The position numbers and the translations under genes were made by a program. Shown in pieces: positions 33,454 through 43,923 of a DNA stretch of 64,000 bases. Source of the DNA: a virus (lineage: Duplodnaviria; Caudoviricetes); IMG/VR virus record IMGVR_UViG_3300028832_000131, positions 10,105-74,104 of that record; one strand, given 5' to 3'. The notes under the pieces were generated by a model. It saw only the letters and a program-made list of their open reading frames with translations, had not been told where the DNA came from and made no database searches. How positions within the stretch are numbered: position 1 is the stretch's first letter; the number at the start of each line of letters is the position of its first letter.

Positions 33454-36400
33454 TACACAAAGTTTAGAATTACAACTAAAAACAACTGGTGAAGAAACTT
33501 TAAAAGTATTAAAAGAAGTTGCTAGTGAAATAACTGGAATTGATGGCTCACTAAAGGACATTAGTAAAACCATTAAAAACGTATCTTCTGTATCTTCTCA
33601 AATAAACGGAATTGATACTTCTGCTAAGAAGGCATCAATAAGTGTAGATAACTTAAATAAATCATTTGGTAAGTTAATTTCATTTGCTGCTATCAAAAGA
33701 ATAGGAATTAAGGCTTTTGAGTTTGTAGATTCCGCATCTGATAGGGCGGAGGAATTAAACTTATTTAATGTTATTTTTAAAAACATAACTGTAAACGGAG
33801 AAAAGACTTTTTCTGAATTAGGACAAGATGCTATGAGATTCCAAAACCAATTAAACGAGGCTTTTGGAACAAATATGACTGAAACATTACGTTATCAAGG
33901 TTTGTTTCAGGCTATGGCAACTAACCAAGGTGTAGAAGAAAAATATGCCTCATTAATGTCAGAAAATATGCTTAAACTAACTTATGATTTAGCATCTTTA
34001 TATAATCGTAATGAAAAGACTGTTGCTGAGGCTTTGCGTGGTGGTGTATATGCTGGACAGACTAAACCTTTACGTGGATTTGGTATTGACGTTACACAGA
34101 CTACGATGAAACCATTGCTTGCTGAATTAGGTATAGAAAAATCCGTCAACGAATTATCTCAGGGTGAGAAACAAATATTACGTTATATAGCGACATTAAG
34201 GCAGGCTCAATCTGCTATGGGAGACTTTGCTGATACAATAGAATCTCCTGCTAACCAATTAAAAATATTTAAACAACAGTTAGCCGAAGTTAAAGTTGCT
34301 ATAGGTAATTTATTTATGGGCTTATATGCTAATATACTTCCTTATGCCAATGCTATTCTAATGGTTATTAAGGAAATAGCCAAAGCATTAGCCGATTTAT
34401 TTGGAATAGATACAAAGGACTATAATAGCGGTTTAGCAAGTACTGAAGAAATATATGACGGTATTTCTACAAGTGCAGGAAATGCGGCAAAATCTGCTAA
34501 AGAGTTAAAGAGACAATTATTAAAGTTTGATGAAGTAAATAACTTGACTACTCCTAGCAGTTCAGGAAGTGGTTCAGGAAGTGGCGGAATAAATGGTGGT
34601 ATAGACCAAAGATTACTTGATGCGTTAAAAGGATATGATAATTTAATGGGTCAAGTAAAAATGAAGGCTACTGCAATTCGAGACAGAATCATGGAATGGC
34701 TTGGTTTTACAAAGGAAGTTAACTTGTTAACTGATGAAACGTCTTTCAAATTTGACCATATAACTGGTGGTACTGTATTAGGTGCGTTAGCAGTTGGTGG
34801 AACTATATATACTGGTGTCAAAAAAATATATGACATGGTCATGGCTATATTTGGAAAAAAGGCGGTAGAAGAAACTGGAAGTGCTGTACTTTCAACTGCG
34901 GCAGGAGGTGCTGCAAAAGGTGCTGGTACTGCGGCTGGAGGTGCTGCAAAAGGTGCTGGTACTGCGGCTGGAGGGAAAGGATTAGCAAGCATAGCATCTG
35001 CTGTCGGATATACTGATTTAGTGGCTGCTGGTGGAGCATTAGCCTTTATTGCAACAGAAATGTATGACGTAAACGAAAGAGCAAAAGAATTAAATACTTT
35101 CGAATATAAGAAAACTGGATTAGCAGAAGGCATAGAAGATTTTAATACTTTATTTGGATTAATGAGTTTAAATCCAATAGGAGCAGTATTTAATTTCAAC
35201 ACAATAAATGATATGTTAGCAACTATGCAAGATGGCATGAGTAATGTAATTACACAAGGTGCAATATTTGATGAAACTATTAGTGAAATATCACAAGAAA
35301 AATTAACAGATTTAATTAATGAGTTTATTACTTTAGATAATATTGTAGGTGAAATGAAATTCACAGGAAAGATTATATCTAAAGATGACGTAACTATAAT
35401 GAAAAATCTGCTTAAAATGATAAAACAAACAATAGTCAAAGAACTAGATGCTGATAAAAATGCCGAACTTGGTAATCTTAAAGTACTTGAAAAAGCGTTG
35501 GGAGCAAAAGATTATAAAAACATAGTTGATAGTATTAAAGGCTTTTATGAAGAACAAAAATTAGCAGTAGAAGAAGGCGAAAAACAAATAAATGATATTA
35601 TTGCTGCTGCTGCAGAAAGAGGAGGAGCATTAAGACAAGATGAATTAGACAAAATAGATGAAATTAGAAGTACTATGATGGATAACGGCATTAAAATAAT
35701 GACTGAATCTGAGGAAGAATACATTAAGATTACTACTCGTTTAAATCACAACATGGAGGCTTTAACACTCGAAAGAGCATCTGCAATTATAAAGAGTGCT
35801 AAAGAAACAAAAGAGAAAGCAATTCAAGAGGCCGAAGAACAATATGACAATGTTATTTTACAAGCAGAAAAATTACGTCAAGCAGGAATAATTAATGAAG
35901 ACGAATATAACAAAATGATAGATGCGGCTGAACTTGCTAAACAAGAAACAATTCAAAAATCTGATGAACAATATTCTTCTATTCTATCAACCGTAAAAGA
36001 AAAATTAGGCGAAAGTGCTAGTTATGTAGATACTGAAACAGGTGAAATAAAAACGAAAATGGAAGAGTGGAATGAAAACCTAAATACTGGTATTACAACA
36101 GGATTTGAAGGTTTTAAAACTGGTTTATCAACATTGCTATCTGACATAGGAAGAACATTACTTGGCTGGACTGGTATCTCTACATTTAAAACTAATACTG
36201 AAACCGAAATGGGAAGTCTTAAAACAAGTATTGAATCTTGGAAACCAAAGATACCAAGAATATCATGGTCTTCTAATGGTAAACAAACAACAGGAACATT
36301 AAAGTCTATACTTGAGGCACTTGGATTACCAACCACATTACCTAAACTATCAGTTACTTGGGTAAGTCAATATGCTAACGGAGGATTCCCAGAAGACGGA

Positions 36401-36658
36401 TTATTCTTTGCAAACCATAACGAGTTAGTTGGTAAGTTTAGTAATGGTAAGACAGCCGTTGCAAATAACGAACAAATAATTCAAGGTATTCAAAGCGGTG
36501 TTTATACTGGTGTTCTATCTGCTATGAGTCAAACAAATGCTGGCTCAAGTAAGGTTGACGTAGACGTTTATGTTCATAGCAACGAAGAAGTAGTCGTAGA
36601 TAAAATTAATCAAAAAACTAAACAAACTGGTGTGTGTCCAATTAACATACCAGCATAG
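33446..36658 (+). CDS. Tape measure protein
   Basis: About 1070 aa helical; LTYDLASLYN, PANQLKIF, YANGGFP. Confidence 0.95.
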   Translation: MDDTQSLELQLKTTGEETLKVLKEVASEITGIDGSLKDISKTIKNVSSVSSQINGIDTSAKKASISVDNLNKSFGKLISFAAIKRIGIKAFEFVDSASDRAEELNLFNVIFKNITVNGEKTFSELGQDAMRFQNQLNEAFGTNMTETLRYQGLFQAMATNQGVEEKYASLMSENMLKLTYDLASLYNRNEKTVAEALRGGVYAGQTKPLRGFGIDVTQTTMKPLLAELGIEKSVNELSQGEKQILRYIATLRQAQSAMGDFADTIESPANQLKIFKQQLAEVKVAIGNLFMGLYANILPYANAILMVIKEIAKALADLFGIDTKDYNSGLASTEEIYDGISTSAGNAAKSAKELKRQLLKFDEVNNLTTPSSSGSGSGSGGINGGIDQRLLDALKGYDNLMGQVKMKATAIRDRIMEWLGFTKEVNLLTDETSFKFDHITGGTVLGALAVGGTIYTGVKKIYDMVMAIFGKKAVEETGSAVLSTAAGGAAKGAGTAAGGAAKGAGTAAGGKGLASIASAVGYTDLVAAGGALAFIATEMYDVNERAKELNTFEYKKTGLAEGIEDFNTLFGLMSLNPIGAVFNFNTINDMLATMQDGMSNVITQGAIFDETISEISQEKLTDLINEFITLDNIVGEMKFTGKIISKDDVTIMKNLLKMIKQTIVKELDADKNAELGNLKVLEKALGAKDYKNIVDSIKGFYEEQKLAVEEGEKQINDIIAAAAERGGALRQDELDKIDEIRSTMMDNGIKIMTESEEEYIKITTRLNHNMEALTLERASAIIKSAKETKEKAIQEAEEQYDNVILQAEKLRQAGIINEDEYNKMIDAAELAKQETIQKSDEQYSSILSTVKEKLGESASYVDTETGEIKTKMEEWNENLNTGITTGFEGFKTGLSTLLSDIGRTLLGWTGISTFKTNTETEMGSLKTSIESWKPKIPRISWSSNGKQTTGTLKSILEALGLPTTLPKLSVTWVSQYANGGFPEDGLFFANHNELVGKFSNGKTAVANNEQIIQGIQSGVYTGVLSAMSQTNAGSSKVDVDVYVHSNEEVVVDKINQKTKQTGVCPINIPA
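34895..34974 (+). repeat. 33-bp tandem repeat in TMP (TAAGGAAKGAG)
   Basis: 2.4 near-perfect copies. Confidence 0.85.
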
Positions 36659-36689
36659 ATAAAGTGTAGCACTTTCTTTTAAAGGGAAA

Positions 36690-37163
36690 TTGAAAGATGG
36701 TGATATGATGATACAAGAATATACTCAAGGAGTTTATACTTATAAGTTAGCAAGCCCATCTGTAGTAATATCTAAAGTTAAAATAAACAACGTAGATATA
36801 TCTAAATATTTATCTAACAACTCTCAAGTTGGTTGGTATGACGTTTCTAGGAATAGTGGACGTGATACTACTACTGCTGACGGGAAAATGATACTTAATG
36901 TTATATCTACTAAATATAGACTTGATTTAGTAACTAGACAATTAACTCGTGATGAAATAGTTGATTTCTTTGCACAAATTAAATTACGTCCTACTATGGA
37001 AGTAAAGTTTTTAAATCCATTTACTAATACTTGGAAAACAATAAATGCTTATAGAGGAGATAGAATTGCTCAGGCTGCTTATCCAGTTCAAGTAACTGAG
37101 GGAGTAAATAATGCTTTGGTTGAAATCTTTAATCCAGTATCAATAGCATTAATAGAATTGTAG
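36690..37163 (+). CDS. Distal tail protein-like
   Basis: Follows TMP; SGRD..ADGKM..VI..KY.L, FLNPFT...AYRGDR. Confidence 0.7.
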   Translation: MKDGDMMIQEYTQGVYTYKLASPSVVISKVKINNVDISKYLSNNSQVGWYDVSRNSGRDTTTADGKMILNVISTKYRLDLVTRQLTRDEIVDFFAQIKLRPTMEVKFLNPFTNTWKTINAYRGDRIAQAAYPVQVTEGVNNALVEIFNPVSIALIEL

Positions 37164-37170
37164 GTGTTAT

Positions 37171-38832
37171 ATGGTAAGTGAAGAGTTTATAAATGAGTGT
37201 AAAAATTATGCTTATGAAAACCGATATGGAAAAATAGAGTTTTCAAGTCCCTCATTAGAATTAAATCAAAGCAATAAAATACAAGAGTTTACTATAGATG
37301 ATGGTTGCTATGATAATGGTGATATTGTAGGATCTGTGTATGTAAAGAAACTAACAGCCAAACTTATAGATGCTATTGAAGATAACATAGAAAATAGAGA
37401 ATTTGATGCTAGTGTTGGTGTTACTTATAATGTGGTTGAAGAGATTGACGGTGAAGACGTAGAGAGTGAAGAAACCGAATATATGGACTTAGGCTCATAC
37501 ATAGTAGAGAAACCTAAAGACGAACAAACGGAAAACTTTTCATCATTTGTTAGTTATGACTTGTTAATGCAACATTTAGATGAAAAATATACGACTTCAT
37601 TAGATTATGAAAATGAGACTATAACAATAGCAGACGTTTATGAAGAAGTATGTAGTTTACTAAATGTAACACCAGTAACATTAACATTTACAAATAGCAC
37701 AATTCAAGTTGAAGATAATCCATTTGTAGGTGGAGAAACAAATCGTATGGTATTAAACTCTATTGCAAAAACTGCTTGTGCATTTGTAGATATAGATTAT
37801 GATACAAATGAAATAGATTTAAAATGGTTAAGCAATAGTTTAGATTATACCTTCGAATTAAGCGATTATTCGTCCTTAGAAGGCGGAAAAACTGTATATG
37901 GACCAATTAACTCATTAATAATAAAAAGTAGTGCTATAGATAGCGAAAACGTGTCTTATGATGATGATGAAAGCATTGCACTATATGGAGAACACCAATT
38001 AGTTATAAGTGAAGATTATTTCTTATATAATGCAGATAAAAGAGAAGAAGCTTTAATGCCTATATGGAATAAAGTAAATGGACTAACGTATACAGAATGT
38101 AGTTTGACTACTTATACTGGTAAACCATTTTTGAAAAAAGGTAGCAAGATAAGAATATACAAAGACGAAGAAAATTACATAGATAGTTATGTATTACAAC
38201 ACCAATTTAAGTTTGATGGTGCATTTACAAGTATAATCAAATGTCCTGTATTAACAGAACAAGAAATAAAAACAAAACAAGACATAAGCTTAGGCGAAAA
38301 ACTAAGACAAACCGAAATAATTGTTAACAAACAAAACGGAACAATTACAAGTGTAGTATCGAGAACAGATCAATTAGATACAACAGTAAATAATAACTAT
38401 CAAGAAATTATTAACAAGTTTGATGCTTATGCTCCACAGTCTGCAATAGTAGATATACAAACACAAGTACAAAACATTCAAACAGACACATACAGTAGAA
38501 CACAAATAGATACTATGATGATAGATGGTACTGTAAAAAAAGTACAAACAGCAAGTGCTACTTATGATGAAAGTGGAATGACTTATGAAAAAAGTAACTC
38601 AAATGCAAAAACAACAATAAATGAGGTTGGAGTACAAGTTAAAGACTCTAACACTAATAACACAATATTATTTGCTGGTTATGTAGATGGTAATAATACA
38701 CAATATACTGCATATCAAGGACAGACAATCGTAGCAACCGACAATATTATTGTAGACAATTATTTAGTTATAGGAACACATAGCAGATTTGAAGATTATG
38801 AATCAGGAACAGGTTGTTTCTTTATAGGGTAG
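37171..38832 (+). CDS. Baseplate hub / minor tail protein
   Basis: 553 aa; position; C-terminal coiled coil and beta segments. Confidence 0.75.
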   Translation: MVSEEFINECKNYAYENRYGKIEFSSPSLELNQSNKIQEFTIDDGCYDNGDIVGSVYVKKLTAKLIDAIEDNIENREFDASVGVTYNVVEEIDGEDVESEETEYMDLGSYIVEKPKDEQTENFSSFVSYDLLMQHLDEKYTTSLDYENETITIADVYEEVCSLLNVTPVTLTFTNSTIQVEDNPFVGGETNRMVLNSIAKTACAFVDIDYDTNEIDLKWLSNSLDYTFELSDYSSLEGGKTVYGPINSLIIKSSAIDSENVSYDDDESIALYGEHQLVISEDYFLYNADKREEALMPIWNKVNGLTYTECSLTTYTGKPFLKKGSKIRIYKDEENYIDSYVLQHQFKFDGAFTSIIKCPVLTEQEIKTKQDISLGEKLRQTEIIVNKQNGTITSVVSRTDQLDTTVNNNYQEIINKFDAYAPQSAIVDIQTQVQNIQTDTYSRTQIDTMMIDGTVKKVQTASATYDESGMTYEKSNSNAKTTINEVGVQVKDSNTNNTILFAGYVDGNNTQYTAYQGQTIVATDNIIVDNYLVIGTHSRFEDYESGTGCFFIG

Positions 38833-38842
38833 GTGATAATTA

Positions 38843-41104
38843 ATGGCAAGAACAGATTGGCAAACAATTAGTGGTTCAACAAATAACAATTCGGCATTCT
38901 TTACAGGTATAAGATGGCGATATAGAGATGATTTATTTGGAACAGGCGAATATCCTAGCGATAGAGTTTCAAGTAATACTGATATTATTGAATACCAACC
39001 ATTTGTAGGTAAAAAGAGTTCATCATATACCTCAAATTATTATTCTAACTGGTTATCATCTAATTATAAATACTCATACAATACAACAAGTGGAAATGAT
39101 CCTGATGCTGCAAGTAATCAATTAAATGTATCAACAACATTCAGATTTGATAAAGCTAGTGTTAATTCAACGTATTACTTAACACAAGGTAGTTTATCTG
39201 CTGGTAATGTAATGAATACAAGTTCATCAAATACTTCAAGAATTATAGAAGTACCACATTGTACAGATGGAACAAGCAAATTAAGATTGTATTTCTATTT
39301 TGCTGGTAATTCAAATACTTCGTTTAGATATGCTGAAACAAACGGAATTGTTACACTTGAAACAATACCAAGAGCAAGTTCAATAACAGTAAATGATGCC
39401 AACATAGGAAGTAGTACAAATATAGTTATAAACAAAGCAACAGCAAGTTTTACTACAACATTGGAATATTCAACGGATAATAGTACATGGAATACTATTG
39501 TAAGTAAAACGAATAATCAAGTATATGGTTGGACTGTGCCTACAAGTTTTTATTCACTAATACCTAATGCTAAAACAATAACTTGTTATTTTAGGGCAAC
39601 AACATATTCGGGGGATACAAATGTTGGAGTTAAAACTACACAAGCTATATTTACTGCAACAGGAAATCCAGTAATAAATAGTTCAAGTGCAACAGATACA
39701 AACAGCACGACAGTAGCATTAACTGGTAATAGTGCAAATATGGTTAAATATGCTTCTAATGTTCAAATATCGATTAATGTAAGTGGACAAAATAGTGCAA
39801 GTATAAGTTCAGTAACAGTAAATGGAAACAATGTAACATTAAGTGGCACAGATCCAAAAACTGGTTCTATAACATTTGTTGCTGCAAGTACAAATTCATT
39901 TGAAATAAAAGTAACAGATAGTAGAGGTTATCAAACAACAACTACTAAAACAATGACTATGGTAGATTATATACCATTATCAATTAATGCAACAATAAAA
40001 AGAAATCAACCAACTGATGAAAAAGTAAATATTAATTTTAGTGGTAATTATTACAATGGTAGTTTTGGTGCTGAATCAAATACGTTAGTAGTTCAATATA
40101 GATATAAAGAAAGTACAAGTTCAAGTTGGGGAAACTGGACTAATGTAACAGCAACAATAACTGATAATACATATAGTGGTTCAACACAAATAAGCAATAT
40201 TGATTATACAAAGCAATATGATTTTGAAATTCAAGCAATAGATGAAATACAACCAAAACCTATTGTAGGTATAAGAGTATCAAAAGGAACACCAGTATAT
40301 TGGTGGGATAATGACCAATTTAATCTAAATGGTAAATTATATACAAGTAATGCTGGTAGAGAAGATTATGCTGCATTTGGATTTATTTATGATGGTGCAG
40401 GTAATATGAAACACAAGAGAAACGATAGTGGTGATAGCTTTCAAATTCAGGCATACAATGGAACAGCTACTGTTGGAATCAATCCTGAAAGTGGTAATGT
40501 AAATGCTAATGGAAAAACAATTTCAAACAATGGATTTTATTCAAGAGAAACAGGTGAAGTTGGAACACCAAGTGGCACAGGTACATTAATGATTAAAAGA
40601 GCAACTAATAGTGAAGCACCAAACAATGGAGTAGTATTAGAGTATGGAAATTCAACAACGTGGACAGGTCAATTATATATAGGTGATAATGCCGACCAAG
40701 GTGTTTATTATAATGGGTGGTCTAATGGAACAAGAGGCAGTTGGAAAAAATTAATGTTTATAACTGAAACAGGTAGTAATAGCAATGGTAATTATATGAA
40801 GTTTGATGATGGAACACTAATTTGTACAAAAAGAATAACAGGAACAGTAAATATTTCTACAGGTTGGGGAAATGGTCAAACTTCTAGTGGAATAAGTCTA
40901 GGTAATTGGGCTTATGAATTTACTGATGAGCCAGTAACAACTGTATCACCAAAAAGAGGTACAGGTGGTTATAACTATTGGTTAGGTGCTTTACAAGATA
41001 CGTCAAAAACATTTGTAGGTAATATAACACTATTACGTTTCACTTCATCTAACAATGTTAATTACATTATATATGCTACTGGAATAGGTAGGTGGAAATC
41101 ATGA
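38843..41104 (+). CDS. Tail fibre/minor structural protein (DUF859-like with C-terminal receptor-binding-type domain)
   Basis: VPHCTDG, TIPRASS, SNGNYMKFDDGTLIC; Ser/Thr/Asn-rich. Confidence 0.78.
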   Translation: MARTDWQTISGSTNNNSAFFTGIRWRYRDDLFGTGEYPSDRVSSNTDIIEYQPFVGKKSSSYTSNYYSNWLSSNYKYSYNTTSGNDPDAASNQLNVSTTFRFDKASVNSTYYLTQGSLSAGNVMNTSSSNTSRIIEVPHCTDGTSKLRLYFYFAGNSNTSFRYAETNGIVTLETIPRASSITVNDANIGSSTNIVINKATASFTTTLEYSTDNSTWNTIVSKTNNQVYGWTVPTSFYSLIPNAKTITCYFRATTYSGDTNVGVKTTQAIFTATGNPVINSSSATDTNSTTVALTGNSANMVKYASNVQISINVSGQNSASISSVTVNGNNVTLSGTDPKTGSITFVAASTNSFEIKVTDSRGYQTTTTKTMTMVDYIPLSINATIKRNQPTDEKVNINFSGNYYNGSFGAESNTLVVQYRYKESTSSSWGNWTNVTATITDNTYSGSTQISNIDYTKQYDFEIQAIDEIQPKPIVGIRVSKGTPVYWWDNDQFNLNGKLYTSNAGREDYAAFGFIYDGAGNMKHKRNDSGDSFQIQAYNGTATVGINPESGNVNANGKTISNNGFYSRETGEVGTPSGTGTLMIKRATNSEAPNNGVVLEYGNSTTWTGQLYIGDNADQGVYYNGWSNGTRGSWKKLMFITETGSNSNGNYMKFDDGTLICTKRITGTVNISTGWGNGQTSSGISLGNWAYEFTDEPVTTVSPKRGTGGYNYWLGALQDTSKTFVGNITLLRFTSSNNVNYIIYATGIGRWKS

Positions 41105-41205
41105 TTAGTTTTATTGTAGGATTTATGTTAGGTGCTTTTATAGGTATGATGATAATGGCATGTATTCAAATAAATAAAGGAGATGATAAAAATGGAGAAG
41201 ATTAA
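41101..41205 (+). CDS. 34-aa single-TM peptide (DUF3789-like)
   Basis: MISFIVGFMLGAFIGMMIMACIQINKGDD. Confidence 0.5.
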   Translation: MISFIVGFMLGAFIGMMIMACIQINKGDDKNGED

Positions 41206-41407
41206 AAAAATTAGTAAATACACCATGAATATTTTAGCAATGATAAATGCGTTAATTATAGGATTAAGTCCAATATGGAATTGGCAACTAGATAAAATTA
41301 CAGATAGTATAGCAATTATTATAGGTGTAATTGGTTTATATTTAGTAGGTGGCAAATTATTTGAAGTTGAAGAAATAATACCAGAAGAAGAGGACAAAGA
41401 AGAATAA
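41183..41407 (+). CDS. Holin-like two-TM protein
   Basis: Two TM segments and an acidic tail. Confidence 0.5.
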   Translation: MIKMEKIKKISKYTMNILAMINALIIGLSPIWNWQLDKITDSIAIIIGVIGLYLVGGKLFEVEEIIPEEEDKEE

Positions 41408-41423
41408 ATAAAAAGGACGTGAC

Positions 41424-42968
41424 GTGATGAATAATATAAATATATTAATTGAAAAGGCAACAAGAGAAGTACATTTATCAAAAAGTGTAATTGGTAATGA
41501 TGGTGAAAATCTACAAGAAAATTTAGTTTTCTCTTTTGATGAGTTTGTAGACGGAACAGCAAGAATTGAATTATTAAAATCAAACGAAGAAAAATCATAT
41601 ATTATGTTAGAAAAGGTAGATGAAACATACCAGTTACCTATAAAATCAGTATTAACAAAAAGCGGAAGACTAAACTTACAATTAGTCATTACACAAGGTA
41701 GTGATGATGAAGAAATACCAATATTTAAAAGCAATAAGTTTTATTTGGTAATTAATTCGAGTATTAATGCAGAAATAGAAGAAGAAGAGGAATATCCACA
41801 ATGGATAGACGTAGCTAATACAAAATTAAATGAAATAGATGAAGCTTTGGAAGATCTACAAGAAAAAGTGGATAATGGATATTTTAAAGGTGACAAAGGT
41901 GATACAGGTGATAGAGGTCAAGACGGTGTTAATGGTAAAGATGCAAAAATAAATGGAGTAAATACAATATCATTAATTGCTGGAGATAACATTACACTAA
42001 ATCAAAGCGGCAACGAATTAGAAATAAGTGCAACAGGTGGAAGTGGTGGTGGAGCAGTAAATAGCGTAAATGGTATGACTGGTGACGTAATTATAAACAT
42101 ACCAGAAATACCAAAAAATGTAAGTTCATTTACAAATGATGCGGGTTATCTAACAGAGCATCAAGATTTGAGTGGAAAACAAGATAAAATAGATAATTCA
42201 AATAAATTAAATGCAGATTTAGTTGACGATAGTACAAGTACAAATAAATTTACAAACGCAACAGAAAAAGCAACGTGGAACGCAAAAAGTAATTTTAGTG
42301 GCAATTATGAGGATTTAACTAATAAGCCAGATTTAAGTAATTATCAAACAATAATAGATAGTACGCATAAACTAGGTGCAGATTTAGTTGATGATAGTAC
42401 AAGCGAAAATACATTTTTCTATATTGGGAAAATGAGTGATTTAAGCACAACAAATTGGTTAGATTTAAGAAAAGCAAAAAAAGGTGTATATTTGCCAGAT
42501 AAAACATATAATTATATGATAGATGAATTGGATAGTGATTATTCAACGTCATCAACTATAAGATATTATGAATTACAAACAATTTTTGTTCTAAAAGAAA
42601 TAAATGGTATTGCAACACCAAGTGAAAATCTATATTTTGCATACGCCATTGCATTTGGAGAAGAAGATGGCTCACCTTTACTTGTGAAGTTTTACGTAAA
42701 CACAACAAGAAAAATTGATTTTCAATCGGTGTCATTCGCAGATGCAAAAATGATTGGTACAGGTGGACAAACAATAAATGGACAAAAAACATTTACTTCT
42801 ATACCAAAACAGAATAACACAAATGCTCCAACATTAGATAGTCAATTTACAAATAAAAAATATGTAGATGATAGTATATCTAATAAAATTTGGATAGGTA
42901 CACAAGAAGAATATGATGCAATACTAACAAAAGACGAAAACGTATTGTATTTCATTCGAGAGGCATAA
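41424..42968 (+). CDS. BppU-like baseplate/fibre protein with collagen-like and internal repeats
   Basis: N-terminal GENLQENLVFSFD..., GDKGDTGDRGQDG, VNSVNGMTGDV, duplicated KL.ADLVDDSTS. Confidence 0.7.
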   Translation: MMNNINILIEKATREVHLSKSVIGNDGENLQENLVFSFDEFVDGTARIELLKSNEEKSYIMLEKVDETYQLPIKSVLTKSGRLNLQLVITQGSDDEEIPIFKSNKFYLVINSSINAEIEEEEEYPQWIDVANTKLNEIDEALEDLQEKVDNGYFKGDKGDTGDRGQDGVNGKDAKINGVNTISLIAGDNITLNQSGNELEISATGGSGGGAVNSVNGMTGDVIINIPEIPKNVSSFTNDAGYLTEHQDLSGKQDKIDNSNKLNADLVDDSTSTNKFTNATEKATWNAKSNFSGNYEDLTNKPDLSNYQTIIDSTHKLGADLVDDSTSENTFFYIGKMSDLSTTNWLDLRKAKKGVYLPDKTYNYMIDELDSDYSTSSTIRYYELQTIFVLKEINGIATPSENLYFAYAIAFGEEDGSPLLVKFYVNTTRKIDFQSVSFADAKMIGTGGQTINGQKTFTSIPKQNNTNAPTLDSQFTNKKYVDDSISNKIWIGTQEEYDAILTKDENVLYFIREA

Positions 42969-42969
42969 T

Positions 42970-43068
42970 ATGAAAATAACTAATGATATAAAATTTTATG
43001 CAGGAACAAATGAGATTATAAAAGTATATAAAGGAGAAGAAATAATATATACTATGGATAAAAAATGA
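42970..43068 (+). CDS. 32-aa fibre-associated peptide
   Basis: FYAGTNEIIKVYKGEEIIY resembles fibre-adjacent motifs. Confidence 0.4.
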   Translation: MKITNDIKFYAGTNEIIKVYKGEEIIYTMDKK

Positions 43069-43087
43069 AAACAAAGGAGGTGAAAAT

Positions 43088-43903
43088 ATGGGAAAAGTAT
43101 TTACAGCACAACAATTTATAGATAAATTAAAATGGCTTGTTAATGACGTTCCTAACGTGTATTATAGTGGCTCTAATTGGTCTAAACTTAATTCAAGTGG
43201 TAAATGGCAATTCGACTGTGTATTGTCCGTTAAATCGCTTTTATGGGGCTTTAAAGGAGATAAAAACTTATTTAGAGGGGGAACAGTATATAAATCTAAT
43301 GGAGTAGCAGATTTTAGCTGCAACGGAGCATTAAATTATTGTACAGACGTTAGCACTAATTTTAATAATTTAGTGGCAGGCGAGTATTTATGTATGAAAG
43401 GAACTTCTCACAACCACACAGGTATTTATTTAGGCAATGGAAAAGTGTTTGAAGATACAACAGGTTGGGGTACTAAAAAAGCTATAATAAGTGATATAGA
43501 TAAAAATGGTGTACGTAGTTATAAAGGTGTTAAGAGCCTTAGATGGACGTATCATGGCAAATTAAATTATATAGATTATTCTAATGAGCCAAAACCTATC
43601 AATCAAGTAATGATATGGCAAGAAGCAATGAATAAACAATGGAATTGTGGACTTGCAGTAGACGGATCATTTGGTCCTGCTTGTACTAAGGAAGCAACAA
43701 AACATTACTTACATTATGGAATAAAAGCACCTATTATGGTTAAGTGGCTTCAAACAAGATTAAAAGAATTAGGTTATTCACTAGCAGTGGACGGAAGCTT
43801 TGGACCAGACTGTCGCAAAAAAGTCAAAGACGTACAAAAACGTTTTGGATTAGCAGTCGATGGAAATGTCGGTCCTGCAACAACTAAGGCATTAACAGAA
43901 TAA
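43088..43903 (+). CDS. Endolysin (NlpC/P60-like peptidase plus PG-binding domains)
   Basis: FDCVLSVK Cys, HTGIYLGNG His, repeated LAVDGSFGP motifs. Confidence 0.88.
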   Translation: MGKVFTAQQFIDKLKWLVNDVPNVYYSGSNWSKLNSSGKWQFDCVLSVKSLLWGFKGDKNLFRGGTVYKSNGVADFSCNGALNYCTDVSTNFNNLVAGEYLCMKGTSHNHTGIYLGNGKVFEDTTGWGTKKAIISDIDKNGVRSYKGVKSLRWTYHGKLNYIDYSNEPKPINQVMIWQEAMNKQWNCGLAVDGSFGPACTKEATKHYLHYGIKAPIMVKWLQTRLKELGYSLAVDGSFGPDCRKKVKDVQKRFGLAVDGNVGPATTKALTE

Positions 43904-43923
43904 GGGAAGAAAAGGAGTAGATT

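Noticed and set aside
34651-36336. Long antisense ORFs inside the tape measure gene, and similar shadows elsewhere (e.g. 11677, 24396, 57841)
   Set aside because: They mirror the codon bias of the real gene on the other strand and lack RBSs or recognisable motifs.
38843-42968. Diversity-generating retroelement targeting the tail fibre
   Set aside because: No reverse transcriptase ORF and no TR/VR pair differing only at adenines. The duplicated KL.ADLVDDSTS block at ~42205/42368 is an ordinary internal repeat.
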